Positions 27,481 to 37,969 are shown, numbered from the stretch's first letter. The stretch is DNA of 64,000 nt from an uncultured Candidatus Saccharibacteria bacterium (GCA_964360035.1 CAYHUJ010000001.1:2176-66175); one strand, 5' to 3'. Notes: generated by a model not told the origin, from the sequence alone. Numbers and translations are program-made.

Positions 27481-28626
27481 ATGAACGAAATTCGGGTCGG
27501 GATGACCGGCGGCGGCACCGGCGGGCATATTTATCCGCTCATAGCCGTTTCCCAAAAACTTCAGGAACTGGCCGGAGAGCGGGGACTGGCCGCGAGAATT
27601 CGCTATTTCGGAAAAGCCGGCTCATACGCCGCCGCTTTTTCAGACAGCGGCGTGGAGATTTCTTCCGTTGTTTCATCAAAATTGAGACGTTATTTTTCTC
27701 CGGCCAACGTTTTGGAATTTCCGAAATTTATCGCCGGTTTTTTTGAGGCGCTGTTTAAATTGCTCGTCTTTATGCCCGATGTTCTGTTTTCCAAAGGGGG
27801 GCCGGGCGCGCTGGCGGTGATTTTAGCGGCCCGCTTTTACCGCATTCCCGTCATAATCCACGAATCGGACAGCGTTCCGGGATTGACCGGCGTCGTCTCC
27901 GCCCGTTTCGCCCAAAAAATCGCCGTCGCTTTCGCCGGAGCTTCCCGATATTTTCGCGAACAAGACCAGCCGAAAATCGCCCTGCTCGGCAACCCGATAA
28001 GAAGCGAGCTTCTGAAAAGCGGCGCCGGCAAAGAAGAAGCGAAAGAAAGTTTGGGATTCAATCCCAAGTATTACGTCATTTTGGCGCTCGGCGGTTCGCA
28101 GGGATCAACCCGCCTGAACGAATTCCTGCTGGACAACGCCGAACCGCTGGCAAAAATGGCGCAGGTTCTTCACCAGACCGGCGTTAAAAATTACGGCGAA
28201 ATAGCGCGGGAGCTTAAAATTTCCTTAAGATACGCGGGCGAGGAAGAGAAGAAATCATACCGCGCGGTTCCATACCTGGAACAGGACATGAAAACGGCCA
28301 TGACCGCCGCCGATTTGATAGTGTCGCGCGCGGGCGCCGGCGCCATTTTTGAAATCGCCGCTCTGGGAAAACCATCCATTCTCATACCTTTGACGGAATC
28401 CGCCAAAGATCACCAGAAGATGAATGCTTACGAATATTCCAAAACCGGCGCCGCCGTCGTCATTGAGGAAGAAAATCTTTTGCCGCATGTTTTTCAGGGC
28501 ATAGTTTTTGACCTGATAAACCATCCGGAAAAACTCAAGGAAATGGGGGAGAGGGCCGGGCATTTTTCCAAACCGGACGCCGCCGAAAACATCGCCAAAG
28601 AAATTTTTATCCTTGCGTTAAGATAA
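27481..28626 (+). CDS. murG: UDP-GlcNAc:undecaprenyl-PP-MurNAc-pentapeptide GlcNAc transferase
   Basis: GGGTGGH N-terminus and GGSQGS.R..N motif. Confidence 0.9.
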   Translation: MNEIRVGMTGGGTGGHIYPLIAVSQKLQELAGERGLAARIRYFGKAGSYAAAFSDSGVEISSVVSSKLRRYFSPANVLEFPKFIAGFFEALFKLLVFMPDVLFSKGGPGALAVILAARFYRIPVIIHESDSVPGLTGVVSARFAQKIAVAFAGASRYFREQDQPKIALLGNPIRSELLKSGAGKEEAKESLGFNPKYYVILALGGSQGSTRLNEFLLDNAEPLAKMAQVLHQTGVKNYGEIARELKISLRYAGEEEKKSYRAVPYLEQDMKTAMTAADLIVSRAGAGAIFEIAALGKPSILIPLTESAKDHQKMNAYEYSKTGAAVVIEEENLLPHVFQGIVFDLINHPEKLKEMGERAGHFSKPDAAENIAKEIFILALR

Positions 28627-28629
28627 ATC

Positions 28630-30063
28630 ATGATTTCCAAAGAAACGGAAAACGTAAGAGTGCGCATCGCGCCGTCGCCGACGGGACCCTTTCACATCGG
28701 CACGGCCCGAACGGCGCTTTTTAATTGGCTGTTCGCCAAAAGCCGCGGCGGGAAATTCATCCTGCGCATTGAAGACACCGATCTTGAACGCTCCGACCCG
28801 ATTTACGAAAAAGACATCATCAAAGGATTGGAATGGTTGGGGCTCAAGTGGGATGAAGGTCCCTATCGCCAAAGCGAACGCCTGGATATCTACGAAAAAT
28901 ACGTCCGCAAACTTCTGGAGGAAAAAAAGGCCTATTATTGTTTTTGCTCCAAAGAAGAACTGGAAAGCGACCGGGAGGCGATGCTTTCGCAGGGTTTGGC
29001 TCCCAAATACAGCGGCAAGTGCCGGAATTTGAGCGAAGAAGAAAGAAAAACGCTGGCAGCCAAGAAAAGCTCCGTCATCCGTTTTAAAACCCCCGCCGCC
29101 TCTGTCGCTTTCAACGACTCCGTTCGCGGCCACATCGTCTTTGATTCTTCTTTAATAGGCGACATGGTGATAGCCAAAAATCCGAGAACGCCGCTTTACA
29201 ACTTCGCCGTCGTCATTGACGATTTTGAAATGAACATATCCCACGTCATCCGCGGAGAAGATCACGTCGCGAATACTCCGAAGCAGATTCTTCTTCAGGA
29301 AGCGCTGGGATTTTCCCGGCCGCATTACGCTCATTTGCCGCTTATACTGTCAAAAGACCGCAGTAAGCTTTCCAAACGGTACGCGGAAACGTCTTTGAAC
29401 GATTATGTCAACGAGGGGTATCTGCCGGAAGCCGTCGTCAATTTTTTGACGCTTCTCGGCTGGCATCCGACCGAAGACAGGGAAATAATTTCCGCCGAAG
29501 AAACGATAAAAGATTTTTCGCTGAAACGGGTGCAGAAAGCCGGCGCCGTTTTCAACATTGAAAAACTCAACTGGCTCAACGCCCAATACGCCAAAATCGT
29601 TCCGGATGAACGCCTTTTTGAACTTTTGCGGCCGTTTATCCAAAATAAAGAGTGGATCGGCGAGAAGGAAAAAATTTTGAAAATAATCGTCGTGGAAAAA
29701 GGCAGGATGAAATTGCTTTCCGATTTTCCGCCGTTAGCGGAAATGTATTTCCGCTTGCCCGATTACGCTCCGGAAATGCTGATTTGGCAGAATACTTCAA
29801 AAGAGATTTCCGCGGCGGCGCTGCGGGAAGCCGTGAAGGTTTTGGCCGCCTTTGAAAAGGAGCGGTTTTCCGCGCCGGATTTGGAAAAGTTTTTGGCTCC
29901 GCTGGCCGAAAAATACGGGAAAGGAGGAATTTTTTGGCCGCTGCGGATGGCTCTTTCCGGGCAAAAAAACTCCGCCGGCCCGTTGGAAATAATGGCGGTT
30001 TTGGGAAAAGACGAGTCGTTGCGCCGTCTTGACGTAGCCGCGGAAAAATTAAATCATTCTTGA
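28630..30063 (+). CDS. gltX: Glutamyl-tRNA synthetase
   Basis: HIGH motif (PTGPFHIGTART) and KLSKR (the KMSKS equivalent). Confidence 0.9.
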   Translation: MISKETENVRVRIAPSPTGPFHIGTARTALFNWLFAKSRGGKFILRIEDTDLERSDPIYEKDIIKGLEWLGLKWDEGPYRQSERLDIYEKYVRKLLEEKKAYYCFCSKEELESDREAMLSQGLAPKYSGKCRNLSEEERKTLAAKKSSVIRFKTPAASVAFNDSVRGHIVFDSSLIGDMVIAKNPRTPLYNFAVVIDDFEMNISHVIRGEDHVANTPKQILLQEALGFSRPHYAHLPLILSKDRSKLSKRYAETSLNDYVNEGYLPEAVVNFLTLLGWHPTEDREIISAEETIKDFSLKRVQKAGAVFNIEKLNWLNAQYAKIVPDERLFELLRPFIQNKEWIGEKEKILKIIVVEKGRMKLLSDFPPLAEMYFRLPDYAPEMLIWQNTSKEISAAALREAVKVLAAFEKERFSAPDLEKFLAPLAEKYGKGGIFWPLRMALSGQKNSAGPLEIMAVLGKDESLRRLDVAAEKLNHS

Positions 30064-30072
30064 AATTCACAA

Positions 30073-31368
30073 ATGACTTGCCGCAGTCCGCTGAAAACAA
30101 TGATTTTCGCGATTTTGGCCTTAATCGCGATTTGGAAATTGGAAATCGGAACTCCCGCTTTGGGTGCCGCTCCCCGGGAGCTTTTTGACGCCATTGAGGC
30201 TAAAAACAAAGAACTGGCGGAAATAAGCCGGCAGCGGCAGGAAGCCCAGAAAAATCTTCAGGAAACGGTCAGCGAAAGCCGCGTGCTGACGAAACAAATC
30301 CAGAATATCGGCAATAACCTGAATCAGCTCAATCTCGGCATAAAATCCAGCGAAATAAAAATCCAAAAGCTTAATTTGGAAACGAATTCGCTCAATTACG
30401 ACATTACCGACATAGAAGAGGGGATAGACGGCAAAAAGGAGGCCGTTGTTAAAATACTGCGGGAAATACAGCAAAAAGACGAGGACAATCTTCTGACCAT
30501 TTTTCTTAAAAACGGCACCTTGGCCGACGGCATTTCGGAAATCCAGGGCCTGTCCGAACTGAATGTCGGCTTATCGGCGGAAATCAAAAATCTGAAAAAT
30601 TTAGGCGACGCCCTTAACGAAAAACTGGAGTCGGTTACCGCCAAAAAGGAAGAGACGGAGCGGGAAAACGGAAATTTGAGAAATAAAAAGGCGATTTCCG
30701 AAGAGCAGAAAAAGGAAAGACAGACGCTTTTCCAGTTAAATAAGAAAAAGGAAGTCGTTTTCCAGCAAAAAATAGAGGAGTTGGAAAAACAGCAGGAAGA
30801 AATCCTGGCCGAAATAGATAAAATTGAAACGGAATTGCGGGCGAAACTTGACCCGTCGCTTATTCCGACCGGCCGCTCCGGCGTTTTAACCTGGCCGGTC
30901 GTCTTAAAAGCGGACGGCGGCTTCGGCGTTATTTCGCAGAATTTCGGAAACCGCTCGGCCTTTTACGGCGGCAAGCCGCACAATGGGATGGACATCGCCG
31001 CTCCCATGGGAACGGAAATATTCGCGGCCGATAACGGCACAGTGGCGGCCGTCGGCAATACCGACGAATACTGTCCGCCGCGCTGGTACGGCAAGAAAAA
31101 ATACGGCGGCTCTTACGGAAAATATGTCGTCGTCAAACATAGCAATAATTTAACGACGATGTACGCCCATCTTTCGCGGCAGGCCGTCGGCGTCGGCGAC
31201 GCCGTCAGAAGAGGGGAGATTATCGGCTACGTCGGCAGCACCGGCCTTTCCACCGGCTCGCATCTTCACTTTACCGTTTACGCCTCTCCCAGCTTTTACG
31301 TCGGGCCGAGCAACACCTGCGGCCTCCAGCCGTACGGCGCTTCTCTTGATCCGGCAAATTATCTATAA
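30073..31368 (+). CDS. Coiled-coil M23 (LytM-type) metallo-endopeptidase
   Basis: Long coiled coil, then HNGMD...HLHF M23 zinc-binding motifs. Confidence 0.8.
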   Translation: MTCRSPLKTMIFAILALIAIWKLEIGTPALGAAPRELFDAIEAKNKELAEISRQRQEAQKNLQETVSESRVLTKQIQNIGNNLNQLNLGIKSSEIKIQKLNLETNSLNYDITDIEEGIDGKKEAVVKILREIQQKDEDNLLTIFLKNGTLADGISEIQGLSELNVGLSAEIKNLKNLGDALNEKLESVTAKKEETERENGNLRNKKAISEEQKKERQTLFQLNKKKEVVFQQKIEELEKQQEEILAEIDKIETELRAKLDPSLIPTGRSGVLTWPVVLKADGGFGVISQNFGNRSAFYGGKPHNGMDIAAPMGTEIFAADNGTVAAVGNTDEYCPPRWYGKKKYGGSYGKYVVVKHSNNLTTMYAHLSRQAVGVGDAVRRGEIIGYVGSTGLSTGSHLHFTVYASPSFYVGPSNTCGLQPYGASLDPANYL

Positions 31369-31392
31369 TTAAAGGTAAATAAATCAGTCATA

Positions 31393-31818
31393 ATGAAAAC
31401 GGCGGAAAAAATAGGGATAATGGCTTTTATCGTCGCGGTATTTCTCGGCGTCCATTTTTGGGATGTTCAAGCGCAGAGCGAAACGCCGAGCGCGCCGCCT
31501 CCGGCCGGCGATTCAATCAGTAAGCCGTTTGAAGAAGTAGGCGGGGCATTCCGGAAATTTCTTTCCATTACGGAAAAAATAAATATCAATCCTCTTAATC
31601 TGCCGTTCGCGGATAAAATCGCGGCGGCGATTCCTCGTTCCACCGATGAAGCCGTTGAGCTTGTCAGAAGAATCGGCGAAGCGGGGAAATCGGCCGCAAA
31701 GCCCCTTGATTCATTTGCTGACGCTTACACCTATCCGGTTCTTGATTTGTTCGTTAAGGCGGCCGTTTTCGTTCTGGACCGGCTCGGCAATCTTTTCCGT
31801 TACGTTTTCGGGGTATAA
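31393..31818 (+). CDS. Small secreted hypothetical protein
   Basis: N-terminal signal peptide. Confidence 0.5.
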   Translation: MKTAEKIGIMAFIVAVFLGVHFWDVQAQSETPSAPPPAGDSISKPFEEVGGAFRKFLSITEKININPLNLPFADKIAAAIPRSTDEAVELVRRIGEAGKSAAKPLDSFADAYTYPVLDLFVKAAVFVLDRLGNLFRYVFGV

Positions 31819-31941
31819 AGCGCGCCCCGGGTCCCGTAAGGCGGCACGGGTCAAAGTTGACCGGGAAGCCGAATTTTGCTATAAACGTAATCAGCAAGCC
31901 GGTTCTTTGACGTTATAAAAACGCATCCAAGGAGGTTGGAA

Positions 31942-32379
31942 ATGGCGCGACAAAATTCGACGGCATCGGCATTGTTTCTCTCAGTCGCCATACTCATAAC
32001 TCTATTAGGACTCACGTTCATTCTGGCGCTTTCTCAAGGATTGTGGATAAAGGGGGTCTTTTCCGATGGGACGACTCCGAAAGAAATAAAGTCGCTGTTA
32101 ACGAAAATTGAACAAAATGTTTTACTCGCCGCCGCCGCCGCGCGAAAAATCCCGGCCGCGGAAAAACAACGGCGCGTCAATGATGAGCTCTACGCGCTGT
32201 TTGCCAAAACGCGGGAACTTCAGGAGAGGGTGGAGCGCGTAGAGAAGGGCGGGTTCGGCTTTTTGGGGCCGATTTTGGATGAGGCGGGGAAAATTATCTT
32301 TGAACTGGATATCATCATCGCCGAAATAATCTCCGCTACCGCCGATTTTTCCAAATACCATCAGGCAAAATTGGCCTGA
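31942..32379 (+). CDS. Hypothetical membrane-anchored protein
   Basis: AAGGAGG SD 6 nt upstream of the ATG at 31942; TM segment; terminator downstream. Confidence 0.5.
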   Translation: MARQNSTASALFLSVAILITLLGLTFILALSQGLWIKGVFSDGTTPKEIKSLLTKIEQNVLLAAAAARKIPAAEKQRRVNDELYALFAKTRELQERVERVEKGGFGFLGPILDEAGKIIFELDIIIAEIISATADFSKYHQAKLA

Positions 32380-32392
32380 AATTGAACTTGAC

Positions 32393-32418
32393 GACTCCCG
32401 CGGGGGAGTCTTTTTATT
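32393..32418 (+). terminator. Rho-independent terminator
   Basis: GACTCCCG-CGGGGGAGTC followed by TTTTTATT. Confidence 0.6.
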
Positions 32419-32434
32419 CGGTTTTTCGTGCGTT

Positions 32435-32493
32435 ATATAATATCGTTCACTGTCTGTATTATCTGTCGCACAAGATATATTTTGCGACAGATA
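32435..32493 (+). promoter_or_regulatory. Putative -10 box (TATAAT at 32437-32442) followed by an 11-bp inverted repeat TATCTGTCGCA-N12-TGCGACAGATA (candidate operator)
   Basis: Read directly from the sequence, upstream of the PD-(D/E)xK nuclease gene. Confidence 0.3.
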
Positions 32494-32636
32494 TATGAAG
32501 ACGGGCTTCCCGTGGTCTCCCTCATCTCCTCGGTGGAATTCGCCGAAGCAACTTAAAAATATGAAATACGCGCCTCGACTAACCGGCGACGGCGTGCTAC
32601 TATGTTGCCTGTTCGCGGTTTTATGTTTATTTTATC

Positions 32637-33410
32637 ATGAACGGATTTTTAAGCGCCGAAAAATTTTGGGAAGAAAGCGGCTATCTGGTGGACGGCCGAT
32701 GGTATCCCCGCGTTACCAAAATCGTTAACATCAAGGCTAAGCCGGCGCTTTATCGTTTTTACGCCGAAATGGAAAGTTTCGGCCATGGTGAAAAAGTAGT
32801 GAAAATTTCCGCCGCCGAAGGCACGCTGATTCACGAAACGGCGCAAGCCATTATGCTCGGTAAAAATCCGCCCGTTGCTCCGGCCATCGCCCCGGCCATC
32901 AAGGCCTTCGTCGCTTTTTTTGAACAAAACGACATCAGAGTCAACGAAGAATTCGTGGAAAAGCGCGTTATGGACGACGAGTATCGCTACGCCGGAACAA
33001 TAGACGCCCTGGCTCTCATTGACGGAAAACTCGGAGTTTTGGACATTAAAACGTCACAGGCGGTTTACCGCGATTATAATCTCCAGACGTCCGCTTACGT
33101 CAAAGCGCTGAGAAGCAATTTTCAAAATCTGGCCGTCCGTTGGATTTTAAGGATAGATCAGGCGCAGACATGCGGCCGATGCGGAGCGACCCTGCGGACC
33201 AAAGGAGGAAGAAAAAAGATAAAATCGGACTGGCGCTCTCCCCTGCCGGCTTGTCCGGAAAGCGAACACGAATGGCGGGAAGCGAAAGGAATAGTTGAAT
33301 TGAAAGAATTTCCCCGCTGGGAAAGCGACTTCGGCGGCTTTCTGGGAGCGAAAACGCTGTGGGAGTGGGAAAACGAGGAAATCCTTAAAAAAATCGGCTA
33401 TCTGCGGTAA
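32637..33410 (+). CDS. PD-(D/E)xK nuclease superfamily protein (Cas4/RecB-like fold) with an inserted zinc ribbon
   Basis: GTIDAL, VLDIKTS (D-x-K) and QTSAYV (QxxxY) motifs; CGRCG...C..SEH zinc ribbon. No CRISPR context. Confidence 0.6.
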   Translation: MNGFLSAEKFWEESGYLVDGRWYPRVTKIVNIKAKPALYRFYAEMESFGHGEKVVKISAAEGTLIHETAQAIMLGKNPPVAPAIAPAIKAFVAFFEQNDIRVNEEFVEKRVMDDEYRYAGTIDALALIDGKLGVLDIKTSQAVYRDYNLQTSAYVKALRSNFQNLAVRWILRIDQAQTCGRCGATLRTKGGRKKIKSDWRSPLPACPESEHEWREAKGIVELKEFPRWESDFGGFLGAKTLWEWENEEILKKIGYLR

Positions 33411-33668
33411 ATTTCCGTCCCGCGCGAAGCCGTTTTAGGCGGAGCATTTCTCAATGATAATGGGCGTTTTTTGAAATCGCCGGGCGGCCAAAAACCCGGC
33501 CCCGAAACTCAAAAGAATCAGCAGAAAGACCACGATGAAAACGAGAACTTCCCGGCGGCGTTCCCGGAAAAAATTAACGGTTCGGTAATAATATGTTGAC
33601 ACCATCTCATTGCTTATTATATACTTTTTACATTAGAAATAAATCGCTTTATATTTTAATTAAAACCT

Positions 33669-33941
33669 ATGGCGCATACTAAATCGGGCGGAACAGTAAA
33701 AAACGGACGGGATTCCGCCGGTAAACGGCTGGGAGTCAAGAAATACGACGGAGAAACGATCAAAGTCGGCGCGATTATCATTCGCCAGCGCGGCACGAGA
33801 TTTGTCGCCGGATTAAACGTCAAAGAAGGCAGCGACAACACTCTTTACGCCGTCAAATCCGGAACAATCAAATTCGCGCCGCAAAGAAAGACGAATTTCA
33901 ACGGCGACAAAAAGACGGTTAATCTTGTGAGCGTACTGTAA
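33669..33941 (+). CDS. rpmA: 50S ribosomal protein L27
   Basis: [23 protein letters not shown]...RQRGTRF pattern. Confidence 0.9.
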   Translation: MAHTKSGGTVKNGRDSAGKRLGVKKYDGETIKVGAIIIRQRGTRFVAGLNVKEGSDNTLYAVKSGTIKFAPQRKTNFNGDKKTVNLVSVL

Positions 33942-34380
33942 TCCCGGCCTCTTTTTTAATTCCTTCTCCGAAATCAATCAAGATAACGTGTTTGCCGAGC
34001 GTTTTTATCGGCCGTTCCAGAATAACCGAGGGTTTCCGGCGGAATTTTTTCTCGTATTCGGAAAATCGCGAAGCAAGCGCTTTTTCCGCGTCCGCGCGGC
34101 TCACGGACCCGAAAGCGTCGTTTTTCGCGCCGATTTTCAGGCGGAATTCCGGCGGATTTTTTTGGAGTTCGGCGATAAGCTCTTCCACCGCTTTCATCGC
34201 CGCCTCTTTCCGTTCTTCCGTTTCCGCGAGCAGCGTTTTCAATTTGCTCTCGTTTCTTTCCCCGGCGGGAGTTGCCAATCCGCGGGGAAGGAGAAAATTC
34301 TTGGCGTAGCCGTCGGAAACTTCCTTGATTTCGTTTTTTCTTCCGACTCCTTTGACGTCTTGCAGAAAAATAACTTTCAT
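33919..34380 (-). CDS. rplI: 50S ribosomal protein L9
   Basis: [37 protein letters not shown]-terminus. Confidence 0.85.
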   Translation of the reverse strand: MKVIFLQDVKGVGRKNEIKEVSDGYAKNFLLPRGLATPAGERNESKLKTLLAETEERKEAAMKAVEELIAELQKNPPEFRLKIGAKNDAFGSVSRADAEKALASRFSEYEKKFRRKPSVILERPIKTLGKHVILIDFGEGIKKEAGITVRSQD

Positions 34381-35625
34381 CTATAAAACGTACAAAATGT
34401 TTGATTTGGCCATTTCCTCTTGCAAAATCTCCATCGCTTTTTCCAATTGGGGATCGCGCCCGCTCTCGGCGTCCTTTTCGGTGATTTCCGTTTTGTAATC
34501 CGGTTCCAGTCCCACCTTGTCAATGCGGCCGCCTTTGGGCATGAGCCATTCGGCTACCGATATTTTCAAAGAAGCGCCACCGGGCAGATTGCGCAGTTCC
34601 TGGACGACGCCTTTCCCGAAACTTTTTTCTCCCACCAGTTTTACGCCGCGGACGTCCCGCAGGGCGCCGGCTAAAATTTCCGACGCGGAAGCCGAACCTT
34701 CGTTTGTCAAAACGACCAGCGGAAGTTTTTTGAGCGCCTCATTGCCGTTCGCGCGGAACAGACGGACGTCGCCGGAGCTGAACTTTTCCTGAACAACCAC
34801 CTCTCCCCTGTCCAAAAACCATCCCGCGAGAGAAACGGCGACCTCCAAGTAGCCGCCCGGATTGTTGCGTAAATCCAAAACCATACCGCGCAACCCCCCG
34901 GAAAACGCTTCCGACATCACGCCGTAAAACGCGGTTCCGGCGTTTTCGTTGAAGTTATACAACTGAACGTAAGCGATTCCGCCGTCTTTCATTTCCAGAT
35001 CAACGGTCGGAATGATAATGGCGTCTCTTTTTATGGATATTGGTTTGGGAGCGTCCCACTCGTCGCGCAAAATCGTCAGAACGACGACCGTATCTTTCGG
35101 CCCCCTGATAAGCTTTACGGCTCTATCAACAGCCATGTCAAACGTGGCCGTTTCGTCTATTTTCAAAATTTTATCGCCCGCTTTAATGCCCGCGCGCTCC
35201 GCCGGGCTGTTTTTAAGCGGCGCAACGATAATGAGCTGTTTGTTGCGAATGCCTATTTCGGCGCCGATGCCGGTAAAACTGCCGTTAATGTCGTCGCTGA
35301 ACTTCTTTGCGTCTTCCGGCGGAAAAAACACCGAATAGGGATCGTCAAGAGAGTTGACCATTCCGCTGACGGCGCCGTAAACGAGATCCTGGTCTTTGAC
35401 CTCGCTCTTTTTAACGAAATCGGATTTCACGGTTTTCCAGACCTCCCAAAAAATGCCGAAATCAACGTCGGCCGTTTCGCTTTCGGCGTTTTTTATCCCC
35501 AAAATCACCGGCGGCGTTTGGGCTTCGCCGAATCTGAATCCCAGATAAAAAACACCCGAACCGCAAAGCCAGATAAAAACGGCTATCGCCGCGTATTTCG
35601 CCATTTTCTTCATAGTATCCGTCAT
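34381..35625 (-). CDS. ctpA: Carboxyl-terminal processing protease (S41)
   Basis: PDZ region, LDLRNNPGG, GSASASEI and GEKSFGKG motifs. Confidence 0.85.
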   Translation of the reverse strand: MTDTMKKMAKYAAIAVFIWLCGSGVFYLGFRFGEAQTPPVILGIKNAESETADVDFGIFWEVWKTVKSDFVKKSEVKDQDLVYGAVSGMVNSLDDPYSVFFPPEDAKKFSDDINGSFTGIGAEIGIRNKQLIIVAPLKNSPAERAGIKAGDKILKIDETATFDMAVDRAVKLIRGPKDTVVVLTILRDEWDAPKPISIKRDAIIIPTVDLEMKDGGIAYVQLYNFNENAGTAFYGVMSEAFSGGLRGMVLDLRNNPGGYLEVAVSLAGWFLDRGEVVVQEKFSSGDVRLFRANGNEALKKLPLVVLTNEGSASASEILAGALRDVRGVKLVGEKSFGKGVVQELRNLPGGASLKISVAEWLMPKGGRIDKVGLEPDYKTEITEKDAESGRDPQLEKAMEILQEEMAKSNILYVL

Positions 35626-35695
35626 TTTACTTTAAAAAGACGCGTTTGCCAACTAATGGCGCTCCGCCGGAGGTCTTGTGTTATAATGGAAGCAA

Positions 35696-35962
35696 ATGAC
35701 GACGCTGGAGTCCGCCGAAAACTACCTGGAAACTCTCAAAAATCGCGGCAAAAAAAGCCGCGTTTACCGCAATTACCAGCTTATCGGACTGGAAATCGCC
35801 CTTCTTCTTGACGACGAAAAACACAAATCGCTCTATATTAAACTGGCCAAAGAAGGCGACCCGCAGGAACTGATCCGTCTCGCCAAAGAAGTCGCCACGC
35901 GAAAGCGGGCGAAAAACAAAGGCGGATATTTTATGAAGCTTCTGAAATCGCCGAAACATTGA
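35696..35962 (+). CDS. Small hypothetical protein (88 aa)
   Basis: ORF only; basic C-terminus. Confidence 0.35.
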   Translation: MTTLESAENYLETLKNRGKKSRVYRNYQLIGLEIALLLDDEKHKSLYIKLAKEGDPQELIRLAKEVATRKRAKNKGGYFMKLLKSPKH

Positions 35963-35996
35963 CCGAGCCGCGCCGGATAATTAAGATAAATCCGTT

Positions 35997-36479
35997 ATGA
36001 TAAACCGCATCTGGACGATTAACGATAAAAAAGAAGAAAAACTTCTGCGGAAGAAAACCGCGGATTTTGATTTCGCGAAATTCTCCAGAAAGGAAATCTC
36101 CGCTCTTATCACGGAAATGCGCGAGGCGATGAAAGCCGCCGACGGCATCGGCCTTTCCGCCAATCAGATAGGCCTGGATCTCAATGTTTTCGTCTGCCGG
36201 GCGGAAGGCAAATTTTACGCCGTTTTTAATTCTCAAATAGTCAAGCAATCCGGCGAAAAAATCTCTTTTGACGAAGGGTGTTTGAGCGTTCCCCGAAAAT
36301 TCGGCGGCGTAGAAAGATCGGAGCATGTTACTATCGTCGGTCGGGACCGTAACGGAAGAAAAATAAAAATAAAGGCCTGGGGCCTTCTGGCGAGGATTTT
36401 CCAGCACGAAATAGATCACCTGAACGGGATATTGTTTATTGATAAAGCGAAATTTATTAGAAGCATGAATAACGAATAA
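35997..36479 (+). CDS. def: Peptide deformylase
   Basis: GIGLSANQIG, EGCLSVP and HEIDHLNG motifs. Confidence 0.9.
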   Translation: MINRIWTINDKKEEKLLRKKTADFDFAKFSRKEISALITEMREAMKAADGIGLSANQIGLDLNVFVCRAEGKFYAVFNSQIVKQSGEKISFDEGCLSVPRKFGGVERSEHVTIVGRDRNGRKIKIKAWGLLARIFQHEIDHLNGILFIDKAKFIRSMNNE

Positions 36480-36522
36480 AGAATTCGTGAATAACTATTA
36501 AAATCAAAAAAGCTCGTAATTC

Positions 36523-37449
36523 ATGCCTCGTAATTCAAGATTCATATTCTTCGGGACCCCCGAATTCGCCGCCGTTATTCTGGAAAAACTGATAAAAAAC
36601 GGCTTTGTTCCGGCGGCCGTCGTTTGCAATCCAGACCGGCCGGTCGGCCGGAAGAAAATCGTCGCTCCCCCGCCCGTGAAAACGAAAATTATGAATTATG
36701 AAGCAAGAATCAGGGAACAAATTAAAATATTTCAACCGGAAAATCTCCCCGCAATTCATGATGCATTATTCATGCTTCAACCGGATTTTTTTATCGTCGC
36801 CGCTTACGCCAAAATAATTCCCAAGGAAATGCTGAAAATTCCCCGCCTTGGTGCCATCGGCGTCCATCCGTCTCTTTTGCCGAAATACCGCGGCCCCTCC
36901 CCTATTCAGGCGGCCTTGCTCGGCGGAGAGGAAAAAAGCGGCGTTACGCTTTTTCTGATGGACGAAAAAGCGGACCACGGGCCGATTCTCGCGCGGCGGG
37001 AATTGAATTATGAAGCAAGAATCGCGAATTACGAATCGTTAATGCGGAAATTGGCGGAACTGGGCGCGGATTTGCTGATTGAAGCCCTGCCGGATATTGA
37101 AAATAAAATCAAAAACGCGCGGCCGCAGGACGAATCTCAAGCCACTTATACGAAAAAATTCAAAACCGAAGACGGCTTTGTGGATTTTAACGACCTGAAA
37201 AAGGCTCTGCGCGGAGAAAACGGAGCGGCGGAATCCGTTTGGCGTAAAATTCGCGCTCTTAATCCCGAGCCGGGAGTTTTCACCGTCGCGGAAAAAAACG
37301 GGCAAGAAAAAAGAATCAAGCTTCTTTCCGCCGCGCTTGAAAACGGACGGCTAAAACCGACCGCCGTTCAGCCGGGGGGAAAAAAACCGCTGGTTGATTT
37401 GGCGGCGATAAGGCAATATATTAACCAATATATCAACATTAATGCTTAA
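36523..37449 (+). CDS. fmt: Methionyl-tRNA formyltransferase
   Basis: IFFGTPEFA, HPSLLPKYRGPSPIQ pattern and a C-terminal domain. Confidence 0.9.
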   Translation: MPRNSRFIFFGTPEFAAVILEKLIKNGFVPAAVVCNPDRPVGRKKIVAPPPVKTKIMNYEARIREQIKIFQPENLPAIHDALFMLQPDFFIVAAYAKIIPKEMLKIPRLGAIGVHPSLLPKYRGPSPIQAALLGGEEKSGVTLFLMDEKADHGPILARRELNYEARIANYESLMRKLAELGADLLIEALPDIENKIKNARPQDESQATYTKKFKTEDGFVDFNDLKKALRGENGAAESVWRKIRALNPEPGVFTVAEKNGQEKRIKLLSAALENGRLKPTAVQPGGKKPLVDLAAIRQYINQYININA

Positions 37450-37969
37450 AGCGGCGTTCATTTTTCTAGCCCTCGTAATTATCGGCTATTTATCCGCCGT
37501 TTTCTTTAATCCGGACTTAAACCGGCAAATGTCCGCCCTGCTTCCCTCTTTTATCGTTGATCGCGCGAAAAACATTTTCGGATTTTCCGACAACCAAAAC
37601 GGCGCGGAAAAAACAAACCCCTTTGCTTTTTTCAATGTTGAAAACGGAAGCGGCGGCGCCGATGAAAAAAACGAAAAAGAAAGCGGCGCGAAAAAACATT
37701 TTTACGCGCCGCTTTATCTTCCCGTCAAAGAAAAATTAGAGTCGCTTCCGGAGGTTGCCGCCAAAGCGGGACAAGCCGCCGCGGAAGCTAAAAATTTCAT
37801 TTTTCAAAAAGCGCAATCTCTGCCCGAAGCCGCTTCCGAGGGCATCTCCGCCGTTAAAGAAAAAGTGGAAGAAAAAATCGTTGAAAAAACGATTGAGCGG
37901 CTGGTGGAAGGTCTTGACGAAAAAAACAAAGAATCTCTTCAAAAAATCATTTGCGCTCCGGCTCCCTGA
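37442..37969 (+). CDS. Hypothetical membrane-anchored K/E-rich protein
   Basis: N-terminal TM segment, then a low-complexity A/E/K-rich region. Confidence 0.45.
   Translation: MLKAAFIFLALVIIGYLSAVFFNPDLNRQMSALLPSFIVDRAKNIFGFSDNQNGAEKTNPFAFFNVENGSGGADEKNEKESGAKKHFYAPLYLPVKEKLESLPEVAAKAGQAAAEAKNFIFQKAQSLPEAASEGISAVKEKVEEKIVEKTIERLVEGLDEKNKESLQKIICAPAP

Noticed and set aside
33434-33605. Possible 56-aa single-TM peptide on the minus strand between the nuclease gene and rpmA
   Set aside because: It can be hand-translated, but it has no SD and no other support. Left unannotated.
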